NCBI GenBank assembly: GCA_026770705.1
Contig: JANJGN010000076.1
Location: 2,356,001-2,420,000 of the forward strand
From: Isurus oxyrinchus
Lineage: Eukaryota
Direction of reading: 5' to 3'
Length of the DNA stretch: 64,000 nt
Positions 48,560 to 61,284 of the stretch are shown here, one piece after another. The notes under the pieces are model-generated. The model did not search any database, had not been told where the DNA came from, and saw nothing but the letters and a program-made list of their open reading frames with translations. Within the stretch, counting starts at the first letter, position 1. Every line of letters starts with the position of its first letter. A program made the position numbers and the translations under genes.

Positions 48560-50580
48560 ATTGAGATAGACGCTGTCTCACGTCGAGAGATGACAGAATT
48601 TAAGTGATTGTGGTGACAAACGTGCCCATCTTAGCAAAGAAATGGTTGGTAGGACATGAATTTCTAAACAAGAACACACAACAGGATATACTATCAATGA
48701 ATATTTACATTATTAGACGATTTGTAGTTACAGTTTGAGTAAGAGAAAATAAAATAAAATGAAACATTCTGGTGAAGATAAATCTTTTATCTTTGTGGAA
48801 TGAAGCAACATGATTTCTTTTCACACCGACACACAGAACAGGCGTTGTCTCATATGTAATATTGTTGGCTGTGATGATACTGAATATCAGGGGCTGCGCG
48901 GAACAAACAGTCAAAACCTGTAGTTTTAGGCCAAAGTCAGAGGCACATTTTGAACTCAACGTTCACCTTATAGAAGCATAGAATAGTGTGGTAACAACAG
49001 AGACAGAGCCTGGTGTGGTAATTACTGAGACAGGGCCTAGTGCAATTTAAGCAGAGGCATGACTAGAGAGGCCATCGAATGTTACTTAAGCAAAGACGTG
49101 ACCTAGAGCATGAATAACAGGGGCGAGGACGAGTGTGATATTAACATAGACAATGTCTACTGCTGTAACAGCGGAGATGGGTCTAGTGCAATAGTTACCG
49201 ATACAGGGCCTGGATCAACATCAAGTGAAATAGGGCAGTTATTACAGGCACAGGGCACAGAGTAATTGCTTCCCAGAGAGAGTCTAAGGCCGTAATATTG
49301 GAGACTGCCACCAGTGTAAGAGAGACAGACATGATCTCGTGGAGTAAAAACAGAGAAAGGGAGAGTGGAATAGAAGCAGAGACAGAGGTACAAAGACAAA
49401 GTCTCTGCAAAGACAGGATCCATTTTAATTAAAAAGACAGACAAGGTCGAATGTAATACAGGCTGATAGAGAGTCTAATGTAAATTGTTCTGAAATACGG
49501 TCTGGAGGAACATAAGTGCAGACATGATTGAGTGTGTTATAAGCAGCGCCACGACCTAGTGAAACATAAGTGAGACAGTGCTGAGTGCAGTAATAATTGA
49601 GACAGGATCTTGTGCAATATGAACCTGCCTAGTGTAGAGATAACACTGACTGGATCCAGTTTTAGAAAACTGATACACGGTCTAATGCAGCTTCACATAA
49701 TTCAGGGCTCTTTTTAATATCAACCGATGCAGTGTCTGGTGAATTAAATACCGGCAAAGGTACGAGATCAATAAAAGCAGAGACCTACCCTAGTACAGCA
49801 ACAAGAGAGTAATGGTTTTGGTCAATAACACCAGAAACAGGGAATTGTGTGATATGAATGGAGGCATGTATTGGTGCAGCATCACCTGAGACAGGGTCCA
49901 GTTGGATAGAGATGTGGCAGGTTCTACTGGAGTAATAGCTGAGACAGAGTCTTCTGAAATGGAAATAAAAACATGTTATAGTTTTCTATAATCAGAGACA
50001 AGCTCTAGTGCAGTGCCTACTGGGGCATGGCTTATTGTAATTTTAGCCGAGACCTGCTTCAGTGCAGTCATGACTGAGATAGTGCCAACTGTATTGTGGC
50101 CATATTCCAGTACATAAACAACTGTGACTGAGCCAATTATAGAAACAACTGAGAGATGACCTTCTCTAATATGATCAGAGTCATGACCTAGTGTAATAGA
50201 AACAGAAACGGCGTCTAATTTAATATGAACAGAGACAGTGCCAAATGCAGTAATAATTGAGACAGTGCCTGCTTCATGCGATGTGGGCAATCATGGCTAC
50301 ACTGCCACCCATTGGTCAATCTATGCTACTGCAGGTGTTGTGAAAATGGCGATTGAATTTACTGTTTCTGAGATCATTCGTTAAAATCAGAAATAATGGA
50401 AATCATAGTCGACAGGATTTGAACCTGCGTATGGTAACCCAAATGGATTTCAAGTCCATCGCCTTAACCACTCGGCTACGACTACAGATGTTAACATTAA
50501 GCCTGTATTATTTATATGAAGTCATAGAATGGTTACAGCAGACGAAGAGGGGCTTCTCCCCGCCCTGTCTCTGTCACAAC
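48560..50580 (+). repeat. ~2-kb segmental duplicate, copy 2
   Basis: Colinear with 25010-27020. Confidence 0.9.
50404..50485 (-). tRNA. tRNA-Ser(TGA), mildly mutated
   Basis: GTAGTCGTAGCCGAGTGGTTAAGGCGATGGACTTGAAATCCATTTGGGTTACCATACGCAGGTTCAAATCCTGTCGACTATG; variable arm disrupted. Confidence 0.7.
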
Positions 50581-51454
50581 CTAGCCGGGCATGCACACGC
50601 ATTATTTCCGATGTGGAAATTCAGGAAGATCAATGTTGTTTCCGCCTCGAGCCTCAGCTTGTTCTGAATTTCAAACTGTGGAAGGTAATCGACCTGCAAA
50701 ATCCACAAGGTTGCAATGCATTCCTCTCAATCATCAAAAACATCATTCAAATCTTCCACTTCTTTGCTGCATCTCCTTCCAAATATTGCAAACTCCACTT
50801 GCATCGTCCATCCTGATATTGTTCTCTTTGACATTTTAATATGATGTTGCACAACCAATGTTAATCAAGTTTGTGTTGGTGAATATGTGTCTATCCCCTC
50901 GGGGAACTGAACCACATTGACACACACAGAGGAACACACACTGACACATACAACGAGAGTGACAGAGGCCGATGGAGTGTCAAACACCCAGAAAGCAATG
51001 ATGTCACCAACTTGGCCAATTATTGTTCATTTCAGACTGCAAATGTAGTGAATATTTGCAGATGAACTGAAGTCAGAAACACGGGAGTGTTTGGGTGGTT
51101 TTCTTTATCATTTGACTGATAATTTATTCTGCAGACAGTTTGTGTCAATCAGGAATGAGAAGAAGGAGCTGGCAGGATTGCAACCACGTGGAAAAACGCC
51201 TGAACCACTGGGACAGGACAGCTGCGGAAAGGCTGCATGTTGTTTGTTTAAAATAATAGAATGAATACAGGGAGTTCCAGTGAAAGAAGATCTTCCAGTC
51301 TGTGCCGTTGCCCCACCTTTTCCCAGTCACCCTGGGATTTACACTGTCTCTCCTCATTCTCCCAACTGAAATACAACTATGCACAGCTCAGCTGCTCCTT
51401 CACCACACAGAGAATCTTTTGGAAGCGTCTCAAATAACAAAGCATCAGAAAGTT

Positions 51455-51533
51455 TGACAGCGGTGGGAGTAAATCCCAAATCACCAGAGATCAAAACCTG
51501 AACCAACGGCTGAGCCCGCTCGGCCTCACTACC
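51455..51533 (-). pseudogene. tRNA-Leu remnant
   Basis: TGACAGCGGTGGGA..CCGCTCGGCCTCACTACC; paralog of 41556-41638. Confidence 0.55.
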
Positions 51534-53152
51534 ACATTCAGATTAGACACAAACATTGTCTTCACCAACATTGACACGGAATTAGAATATAAAACATAAT
51601 GTTCAAGAATTGGCCATTCGGTTCCTCGAGCATTCTCAGTTACTTAACAAGATCATGTGAAAACTTCAATCATCCTCCGCTTTGTAACATCCAGAAGTTT
51701 AGTTACTGAACTGTCTCCACTCAAAATAAAGAGAGAAATGTCCTGTTAACTGATTTTTTTTTTGCTGATAGGAAGTAGGAGAAGTAACATGAATAATGTT
51801 TGGGCAGTGAAAATGGGAAACTGAACCACATTGACACACACAGAAAATCACAAATACGCACGTTGTTAAGATTTGAAATTGTGCTTATTTTCACACTGTC
51901 TTTCAATGTGCAGAAAGTGGAGCTGTGATCAGCTTATATCTCAGAAGATGTACAGCAAGAAGGTACATAACAGGCTGATGCTCACGGCGTCTGTTTGGAC
52001 TCGGTGAGCTGCATCTTACGATTGAGACCATTTAAATGTCGTTCAACGAGTCCGGTTCCAAATTCTGTGCTAGAAATGATAAGAAAACTCGCTGAATTTG
52101 CTTATTATCTTGAATGCAAAGCATCACATGGAAGATAAGAAAGTTCATCTTAACCATGGTGTTAGGAAACATAAAATGACAGAAAGTTACAGCAAAGAAA
52201 AAGGCCATTCGGCCCTGTGTGCTGCTTTCAAAGAACAGTGTGACTGGTTGATCTGAATGATATTCATTGTTTACGAAGAATGGACAAAAAGGAAAATGGG
52301 ATGGGGTTGCGCTGTTAATAAGGAACGAGATCGTTACATTGATGAGAGAGGATCTTAGATTGAAGGATCAAGATGTAGAATCAGTTTGGGTAGAGCTAAG
52401 AAACAGCAAGAGACAGCAACCATTGGTGGACATTGCTTATAGGCCGCCAAACCGTAGTGTAGTTTACTTTTACAAACTTCACCAAGGATAAGTTTCTTTG
52501 ACCAAATGGTCTGAGTCAGATGAACACAAGCGACGCCTTCAGCCAATGAGAAGAACCATTGCTGTTCGCTGGAACATGAAATCGATACTTTCCTCCTTTA
52601 AGCCAATTCTTAAACCCTCCCCCTTTGACCGAAGTTTTAGTCATCTGACCGATTATGTGGCTCAGTGTCATACTTTGTTATATAATGATTCTGGGGAACG
52701 CCTTGTGACGTTTCATTAGGTAAAAGGAGCTTTATAAATATAAGTTGTTGTTGTAGTCCATACATAGAAAGAGACAAACTACTCTTTCCTCTTTCATCCT
52801 GATATTTTTCACAGTAATATTGAAATGTGAAGTTGCACAACTAATGTGAATACGGTTTGTACTCGTAAAAATGTGTTCACCTCCTCGGGGAACTGAACCA
52901 CATTGACCCACACAGAGGAATACACTCAGAGGTATACACCGAGAGTGACAGAGGCCTAAGGAAGGACAAATGCCAGAATGAAATAATGTCACCAGATTGG
53001 CTCAATGTTTTTCCATTTCCCACTGGAGATTTGCAGAAGGCTGAAAAATAAACGGAAACAAGAGATCACGGGTGTGTTTGGATCGCTTTTCCTCGATTCA
53101 AACGATAATTAGCTCTGTCTGTGCACGGTTAAAATCAGAAAAAAATGAGAAA

Positions 53153-53234
53153 CGTAATCTTCAGGATTCAAACCTGCGCGGGGTAACCCCAATGGATTTC
53201 TAATCCATCGCCTTAACCACTCGGCCATGACTAC
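53153..53234 (-). pseudogene. tRNA-Ser(AGA), probable pseudogene
   Basis: GTAGTCATGGCCGAGTGGTTAAGGCGATGGATTAGAAATCCATTGGGGTTACCCCGCGCAGGTTTGAATCCTGAAGATTACG; B-box C>T and acceptor mismatches. Confidence 0.8.
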
Positions 53235-53404
53235 AGAAGCTGCTCACATGTTACTATTATTTATATGAAATCATGCAATGGTTACAGCGGAGAAAGCAGT
53301 CTTTCTGCCCGTCCTGTCACTCCCATTACCTGACCTTTTCCCTGGAATCCTGCAATTTATCCTGTCTCTCCTCGTTCTTCTGACCAAACTGGGAAAGAGT
53401 GAGA

Positions 53405-54708
53405 ATGATCCAACCCGGCCACTTACCACCCCATCAGTCTACTCACCATCATGAGTAAATTAATGGAAAGAGTCATCAACAGCGCTATCAAGAGGCACTG
53501 ACTTAGCAATAACCTGCTCACTGATGCCCAGCTTCGGTTCCACAAGGACCACTCAGCTCCTAATCTCATTACAGCCTTGGCTCAAACATAAACAAAAGAG
53601 CTGAATTCCCGAGATGAGGTGAGATCAGCATTTGACCGAGTGTGGCATCAAGGTGCCCGAGCACAACTGGAGTCAATGGGAATCAGGGGGAAACTCTCCG
53701 CTTGAGAGCACAAAGGAAGATGGTTGTGGTTGTTGGAGTCAGTCATCTTAGCTCCAGGACATCACTGCAGGAGTTCCTTAGGGGAGTGTCCTCGGCCCAA
53801 CCATCTTCAGCAATAAACTTCCATCCATCATCAGGTCAGAAATGGCGAGGTTAGCTGATAATTGCACAATGTTCAGCACCATACCCAACTCCTCAGATAC
53901 TGAAGCAGTCCATGTCCAAATCCAGCAAGACCTGGACAATATCCAGGCTTGGGCTGACAAGTGGCAAGTAACATTTGCACCCCACAAGTGTCAGGTAATG
54001 ACCATCTCCGACATGAGAGAATCCAACTATCGCCTCTTGATGTTCAATGGCATTAACCTCACTAAACCCCTCACTATCAACATCCCGGGAGATCTCATTG
54101 ACCAGGAACTGAACTGGAATAACCATATAAACACTGTGGCTACAAGAGTAGGTCAGAGGTTAGGAATCATGCAACGTGTAACTCACCTCCTGACTCCCCA
54201 AAGCCTGTCTACCATCTAGAAGGCACAAGTTAGGAGCATGATGGAATATTCCCAACTTGCTTGGATGGGTGCAGCCTCCTCAACACTGAAGAAGTTGGAC
54301 ACCGTCCAGGACAAAGCAGTCCACTTGACTGGCACCACACCCACATTCACTCCCTTCACCACCGATGCACAGTAGCAGCAGTGTGTACCATCTACAAGAT
54401 GCACTGTAGGAATTCACCAAGGCTGCTTAGACAGTAGTGTCCAAACCTACGACCATTACCTGCAAGAGGAACAAGGGCAGCAGATAGATAGGAACACCAT
54501 CATCTTCAATTCAGTCACTATCCTGACTTGGAAATATATTGCCGTCCCTTCACTTTCACTGGGTCAAAATCCTGCAACTCCCTTCCTAACAGTACAGTGG
54601 AAGTACCTACACCACTGTAAATGTTCAAGAAGGTAGACCACCTTTTCCAGGGCAATTGGGGATGGACAATAAATGCTGGCCCACATCACATGAATGAATT
54701 AAAAAAAA
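53405..54708 (+). mobile_element. 5'-truncated CR1-like LINE (RT region and 3' tail)
   Basis: PISLLTIMSKLMERVIN, GVP.GSVLGPTIF, LADNCTMF, QQDLDNIQAWADKWQVTFAPHKC; ends TGAATGAATTAAAAAAAA. Confidence 0.9.
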
Positions 54709-55150
54709 GCTCCAGGTTTACCTGCAAATTATATTGTCTTGAACTTCTGACCAAAGTAAAGCCCTGCAAACGTCAGTCCCTAGAGCAAGGCTGACATGTT
54801 TGCTCAGGTGAGGGACCACCTGAAGTTTTCAATATTGGTTTTCTTAACACCGATTTCCAATGGGAATTGTTCAATGGCTTGGAAGCGAAAAAACAGGGCT
54901 AAGGAGAAAAAGAAAGAAATTGTTATTAATTATAAAGCTCTTTGTACAAAACTGACCATAGACACGATGGGTGGAAGGTCCTCTTACTGCACTGTGCCAT
55001 TTGATGATGACATTGTTGATCAGTCTGTCTCCAGCATTCCTAATGAGAACAGCCGAATTCCATTTCTTCAAAACAAAGACCCAAAGTGCTGCTGCATGAC
55101 GTCACCGTTTAACATTCCAGACAGCTCCATTGGGATCTTTACAGCGCAGG

Positions 55151-55223
55151 GTTTATAGGGGCGAGTGGGTGTCATATTCACTTCACATATGATGAAGCTG
55201 CGGTTTGATACCTGGCAAGAGCA
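55151..55223 (+). pseudogene. tRNA-Val remnant
   Basis: Weak similarity to the Val consensus; upstream flank paralogous to 42240-42400. Confidence 0.4.
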
Positions 55224-56198
55224 TTATCCAGGCTTGTTTATTTGAGTGAGTGAAAGTTCGATAATATACGTTTGTTGTAAATATGAACACGACGGTTGGA
55301 ATCCTGCTGACTAAAGTTTTCACCGTTTGTGATTTTAACCAAATTAATTATCAGTTAATTGGAAGGAAACCCATCCAAATATGTCTGTATTTTCTGATTT
55401 CCATTCATCTGTCAGCATTCAGGATATTTGCTTTCGGAAATGGAACAAAAACTGAGCCAAGTTGGTGACATTCATGCTTTTTGTGTGTGTGTCTCTCCTT
55501 TGGCCACTGTCACTCCCGGTGTTTCTCTCTCTGTGTCTGTTCCTCTGTGATTGTCAATGTGGTTCAGTTCCCTGAGGGGGTGAAAACTTTTTTAACGTCA
55601 CAAACTTGATTCACATTAGTTCAGGTTAAAATGTCGATGAGAAAAGTATCAGCGTGAAAGATAAAGCAGGAGACTGGCCCTTTCTATATATATCCTACAA
55701 CAGCAACAACTTGTATAAATAAAGCACTTTTAACCTGTTGAAACATCACAAGGCGTTCCCCGTGAGATTTATATAACAAAGTGTGACACTGAGCCTCATA
55801 TTCGGTCAAATGACTAAAAGCTCGGTCAAAGGGGGAGGCTTTAAAAACTGTATAAAAGGAGGAAAGTATCGATTTCATGTTCCAGCTCACAGCAATGGTT
55901 CTTCTCATTGGTGAAGAAGTCACTTGTCCATTGACTCGGGATTGGCTCTTCCATTGGACCAACAGCTAAAAGGATGGAGGGTTTTGGAAATTGAAAGCTA
56001 CTCATGAGCAGCTTATGGGGCTATTTCACCTCACTGTCGATTTCACGTTCCACCTCATGGCAACCGTTGTTTTCATTGGCTGATGAAGTCATTTATCTTG
56101 AACCTAAACAGGCAGTTTTTTGCTGAAAGAGCTCTGAACGAAAGAACAATAGGCAAAAGCCACGTAGATAAGCCGAATCGAAAAAGAAAGGTACAATT

Positions 56199-56270
56199 TC
56201 GCTGATTCTCTACTGGTTAGGATGTGGTGCTCTCACCGCTGTGGCCCGGGTTCGATTCCCGGTCAGGGAA
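56199..56270 (+). pseudogene. tRNA-Glu(CTC), 5' half decayed
   Basis: ..GGTTAGGATGTGGTGCTCTCACCGCTGTGGCCCGGGTTCGATTCCCGGTCAGGGAA. Confidence 0.8.
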
Positions 56271-57036
56271 CGTTGCTTGATTGAATTTTTTGAAACGAGT
56301 GTTGAACACTCATTGATTAGAAATGTTTGAAAGCTTCAGCAGAATCAGAAGAGTGAGGGTTTAAATTTCGCCTCAGATCTGGAAAACATCACACTCGTGA
56401 GTGGCAGTGAAGGAAGAGGAGAGGAGAAGGGCTGTTTACAAAGCACTAGCTATAGAAATGTTGGTGTGAGACAAAATATGGGTGGGAGAAGTACGAATTT
56501 TGCTTCCTACTGTTTGCACTGGCACAAAAATCACTCCTGATGGCTCAACCAATCACAACTGCTCTTTGAAAGCAGCACGCCCGGCCGAATGGCCACTTTC
56601 TGTGCTGTAACTTTCTATAATTTTATGTTTCCCAACAACACGGGTCAGTCTGCCATTTTGTAACCCACTCGAGTGAGATGTACTTTCTTACCTTGTATTC
56701 GGCTCTTTTGAAACCAAAACACGGAGCAATTTCAATGAGTTTTCTTCACATTTACAGCACGAGATTTGTCACGAGACAAATTGAACGACACATTAATGGT
56801 GCCGATCCTTCACTGGAGCTCACTGCGTCCATAGAGCACTGTTATCATCAGCCTGTTCTGTACCTTCTTACAGTACATCTGCTGAACAATATAAGCTTAT
56901 CACAGCTCTGCTTTATTCACATGGAAACCCAGTGTGAAGATCAATTAAAAAGCTGAACAACTGGGAGGAGAGTGACTGTGGATAATCGGCACTGGGCATC
57001 CACGTATGATGGGATAATACGAAATAGTATTCACAT

Positions 57037-57109
57037 TTCTGGGTAGCTCAATCGGTAGAGCGTGAGACTCTTAATCTCCGCGTTGTGGGTTCCAGCCACA
57101 CGATGGTTG
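57037..57109 (+). pseudogene. tRNA-Lys(CTT) pseudogene
   Basis: ..TAGCTCAATCGGTAGAGCGTGAGACTCTTAATCTC..GTGGGTTCCAGCC; acceptor stem broken. Confidence 0.75.
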
Positions 57110-57860
57110 CGGGAGGACTTTAAAAGTCTGAGTAAAAGTCAAACGGTGTGGAAGCATTGACTCTCTTTCTCCCTCCAGCTGCTGAGTTTTTCCAGCATTT
57201 TCTGTGTCTGTTTCAGACTTCCATCATTCGCAGTGATTTGCTTTTAACTTTTTACTTTTACATCTTCCTGCCTAAAAAAACACCAACTAATCACTGCGGC
57301 TCCTGTGAAATGTACAAGACAGACATTCACCACTGAAAACAACTGACACACATCAAATTCAAAGCACTTTATTGTCGCATTTCTTCCTGCTTCTAACCCT
57401 GTTCCCTCTGCCCGTCCAGCTCCCAATGAGCTGTAATCAGTATCTGGGAGAACCAGGAACATGAGAAGGTGTCTCTTTACCCACGAGTTTTACCCATTCC
57501 CACCAATTGGCTGTGTCTGCATCGAGCAGCTCACTGACTTGGGGGCTGGATGGGCAGAGGGAGCTGGAGGCGAGGGACAGAAGCAGGAAGAAATACGACA
57601 ATAAAGTGCTTTGAATTTGATGTGTTAGTTGCTTTCAGTGGTGAATGTCTGCCTTGTAAGTTTCACAGGAGCTGCAATGATTAGTTGCTGTTTTTTAAGC
57701 AGCAAGATTTAAATGTAAAAAGATAAAAGCAAATTACTGCGAATGATGGAAATCTGAAACAAACACAGAAAATGCTGGAAAACCTCAGCAGCTGGAGGGA
57801 GACACGGAGTCAATGTTTCCAGACCATGTGACCCTTAATCAGATTTTTAAATGATAGCAG

Positions 57861-57933
57861 TGGCCAACGTGGGGCTCGAACCAATGACCCTGAGATTAAG
57901 GGTCTCATGCTCTACCGACTGAGTTAGCCAAGT
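57861..57933 (-). pseudogene. tRNA-Lys(CTT), mutated
   Basis: ACTTGGCTAACTCAGTCGGTAGAGCATGAGACCCTTAATCTCAGGGTCATTGGTTCGAGCCCCACGTTGGCCA. Confidence 0.8.
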
Positions 57934-58909
57934 ATATAAAAAGCAGTCCTGTATCCCAACATACATGGATAAACCTGTTGCGTTCCACCTGATACCTCAG
58001 CCTGGTCAGAAGTTTAAAGTGTGGAACGTAATCGGCCTACAAAAGCCCCAAGGTTGCAATGCATTACCCTCAATCATCAATAACAATATTCACATCTTCC
58101 ACTTCTTAACTGCACCTCCTTCCAAATACTGTGATCGATTTTCCTCAGGATTTTCCCCTGCATTTAATATTCACCTGCTTTGTGTCCTCATTTTGAAATC
58201 AGGTTCACTTCATTACCCAACACAAATTGAATTACAAACCTGACGGACAAACAATGGAAAACAAGTCACTCGGTAACAAAAATCCCATGGTGCTCATTTT
58301 CAGATTCACAACAATCAGCTTTTCAATAAAATGAAGGAATTTTACAGTGAAAAGAATTAGAAAGTTGGTGTGACTTTTATTTGTGACTCACTCATTCGGG
58401 TATTCTGTAAAAGCTGCTTGGAGATATAGTGATCGGGATATAATCTACCTGTGTTTTCCTGAGCCTGTGCTCGGTGTATTGGGAGGTTTGGCCCTGGCTG
58501 GAGTACCTTGTGTCCCAGGGATGGGCAGTAACCTGCTGATTGAAGCTGCAGTCGCTGCTTTCTGCTGGCAGCGGGTGATTGGAGAGTGCGGGGCCGGAAT
58601 ATTGCGGCCTTGCTGCTTTTCCCTGTCTCACTCACTGTGGAGCTGAGGAAGACTGAGTAATTGAGGGGTTCGTTTGATTCCAACAACTTCATGGATTTCT
58701 GGTGGGTGACAGAGTGGGTCCAAATCTTTTCTCATTGTATTTGACAAAAAACGTAATTTTTTTTTAAAGCTGTTTTTGTGGGAGCTGACTGGATAACAAA
58801 ATACCTGCCACCGTTTTGGGGATGATATCTTGCAGCCCAAGTACCCAATGACAAGCCAGAACTGGGTGGCAATGATTGGTGATGAGGGGGAAAAACAGTA
58901 AAAACTTTC

Positions 58910-58983
58910 ACCCCCTGGGTGGTTATGAAACACCTAACTTACAGTTAACAGGCAAAAACGCTAACCAATTGTGTCACAGATAC
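58910..58983 (-). pseudogene. tRNA-Asn(GTT) pseudogene
   Basis: CCCTGGGTGG..GTTAACAG..CGCTAACCAATTGTGTCACAGATAC; same flanking modules as 32671 and 43663. Confidence 0.65.
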
Positions 58984-59669
58984 TTACACAAACCTAACTG
59001 ACAACGTATCCCAACCAAGGTGTCAGTGAGTCTAATCTTCAGATTGCCACTTCCCAGATGGCTGTCTCACTCTATCCATTTTACACTTACAAAATAAAGG
59101 ATGAGACATTCATTATGGATACATGGAAACCGTCTGATCCCACCCACTACAGACACATCCATGTCACTGTGAACCAGCTCTCCTACAACCGGTGCCATTT
59201 CCCTTCAAGCCTTTCATTGTCTTGTCTGTTACCAAGTATTCTGATTGTCCCAAAGCCGATATTAGGTTTAAATTCTTGATGTGCAGTAACGAGATTCCTT
59301 TCACTGTCTCAGATCCGTTAATTTCACTGAGAACATCAGAATCTATGTTCCAGCGTCTTAAGGAAGAGAAAGATGCCTTGACTTTCTCTGGTTAACCCTT
59401 TATTCTCATTGGATTCCATTCCTCAAAGGGGATTTTCATTTCCTTCTTGAGCTCCCTGACCTCATCTGGCAACATCTTTAGATTCAGAGGTTTAATTAAC
59501 ATTTCAGATGCACTGCAGTTCTAATGAAAGGCTGCAGACCTGGAATGAAAATGATGTCTCTCTCTTCACAGTCGCTACCAGATCTGCTGAGAACACCAGC
59601 ATTTTCTGTTTTTCTTTCAGATAACTAGCATCTACAGTGCTTTGTTTTTCTTTTCCTGATTAGTGAAAC

Positions 59670-60040
59670 ATATAAGACCCTGAGTAGTACTTCACAGGGC
59701 GGGTTTGGGGAGGATGTTACCTCTTTTGGGAGAATCTAGATCTCGGGATCGCTGTTTAAAAATAAGGGGTCACCCATTTAAAATGGAGATGAGGCGATTT
59801 CTTTCTCTCAGTGGGTCGTGAAACTTATGAGCTCTCTTCCTGAAAAGGCTGTGGAACCAGAGTCGTTAAATATGTTTAAGGCAGAGGTGGATATATTCTT
59901 GGCAAGCAAGAGTGTGACAGGTTATCGGAGATAGGTGGGGTACAGATTTCAGGTGACTGTCAGATCAGCCATGATCTTATTAAATAGCAGAGCAGGATTG
60001 AGGGGCCGAATGGCCTACTCCTGCTCCTTTTTCTTATGTA
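59670..60040 (+). mobile_element. CR1 LINE 3' end fragment
   Basis: Homologous to 39900-40287; ends GGGGCCGAATGGCCTACTCCTGCTCC..TTCTTATG. Confidence 0.8.
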
Positions 60041-60124
60041 CTGCTAAGAATGTGGAACCCATTATCAGTAGATTTTGAGATCATGTCTGAGCTGAAAATG
60101 TGTAGGTAAATTCACGCTGTAAAC

Positions 60125-60345
60125 AGATTGTTCACCATCTGGAATTGGAAAGGGATTTACTCTCATCCCACTTACTGACACAGGAACACAGTCTTGCTGA
60201 TGCGAGACCATTCAGATACTTCACGTGTGCAAAGGGCTTTATTCAGTTTTCCCACAAGTTAACACTCCAACTTTATAAGTTCAAAGCATTTGATCCACAA
60301 TCAGAGAAATGATAATAGCATGACACGGTTTAAATGTTCCACGTA
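60125..60345 (+). pseudogene. Decayed C2H2 zinc-finger remnant
   Basis: Translates with one frameshift as GKGFT/SSHLLTQEHSLADARPFRYFTCAKGFIQFSHKLTLQ, versus the Kruppel repeat [24 protein letters not shown]. Confidence 0.6.
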
Positions 60346-60554
60346 GAGGGGGAAAAGTCACGAGCTCACCCCATCTGCTGAGACTGCACTGAGTTCAGAT
60401 CTAACTGTAAGATTATTATGTCCAGGAGAGAATTGTGGTGGAGCCTTGAGTAATTTGGCCACTGCATCAATTGCTTCAACAATTTTATATTTTGTCCCTA
60501 TGTCACCCATCGTATTCTGAATACAGGACATAGGTTTCTCTTCTATAATATGGT

Positions 60555-60970
60555 CTTTCAATGGCGGAGCGGAGACCCAGGATTAACTGCGAGACAGAAT
60601 GTGCCCTATCCTCACTCCAGCAGCTCCCTGCGCATGCGCATTGTTGCGTGTGGTGAGTCATGCGCATTTCGTCTGTTTCATGAGCATGCGCAGTGCTGGT
60701 CTGTGACTGAAGCTGCTCAGAGCGGGTCAGAGAATGTTGAGTGGAGAAAACTAACAGAGTTAGTGGGTGTGTGAGGAGGAATGGAGCCAGCGGAGTGGGC
60801 AGGGAGGCTTCATAAAGACACAGTGCAGACAGCAGACTCTAAATAACAAGGTACCGGTCTTGGGTTTGCAGAGAACGAGCCAAAAATGTCTGGATTTCTC
60901 CCTTCGGCAGGCCCGGGGTAACGGCCGCCATCTTTATAGGGGCAATGTGCTGCAGGGCGCATGCGCGGTC
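60555..60970 (+). promoter_or_regulatory. CpG-rich Pol II promoter / first exon with NRF1 and YY1 motifs
   Basis: TGCGCATGCGCA 60629-60640, TGAGCATGCGCA 60681-60692, GGCGCATGCGCG 60956-60967; YY1-type GCCGCCATCTT 60924 and AATGGCGG 60560; candidate donor AAG/GTACCG at 60851. Confidence 0.65.
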
Positions 60971-61284
60971 ATCCTGGTCCAGGCAGCAGGAGGAGAGAAT
61001 GTTGTGACTTTCTATCCTGGACTGACAGGGATGGATTTTGGAAACTGCTTTTCTAGGGGGTTAGAAGGGGAGGATTTACACACAGCGAACTCAAACCAAG
61101 AAAAATGTTTGTCTCTTCTCAATTTATGTTCGGGATTGACAATGATGGATTTTATGAACTCTGTTTACAGCGTGTTAGAGGAGGGTAAACCTGAGGGAGA
61201 TGAGAAACCAAAACCAAACATCGCATCAAAATCTGAAAGTCATTTGTTTCACCAGGACCTGAATATCACCAGCCTTTGAAAGTA

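Larger units (their letters stand above)
56998..57970. repeat. Inverted repeat (~430-bp arms, ~110-bp spacer) carrying two convergent tRNA-Lys copies
   Basis: For example CATCAAATTCAAAGCACTTTATTGTCG (57351) versus CGACAATAAAGTGCTTTGAATTTGATG (57596). Confidence 0.88.

Noticed and set aside
60767-61279. 170-aa ORF
   Set aside because: GTG start, crosses promoter motifs and apparent splice sites, no recognisable domain.
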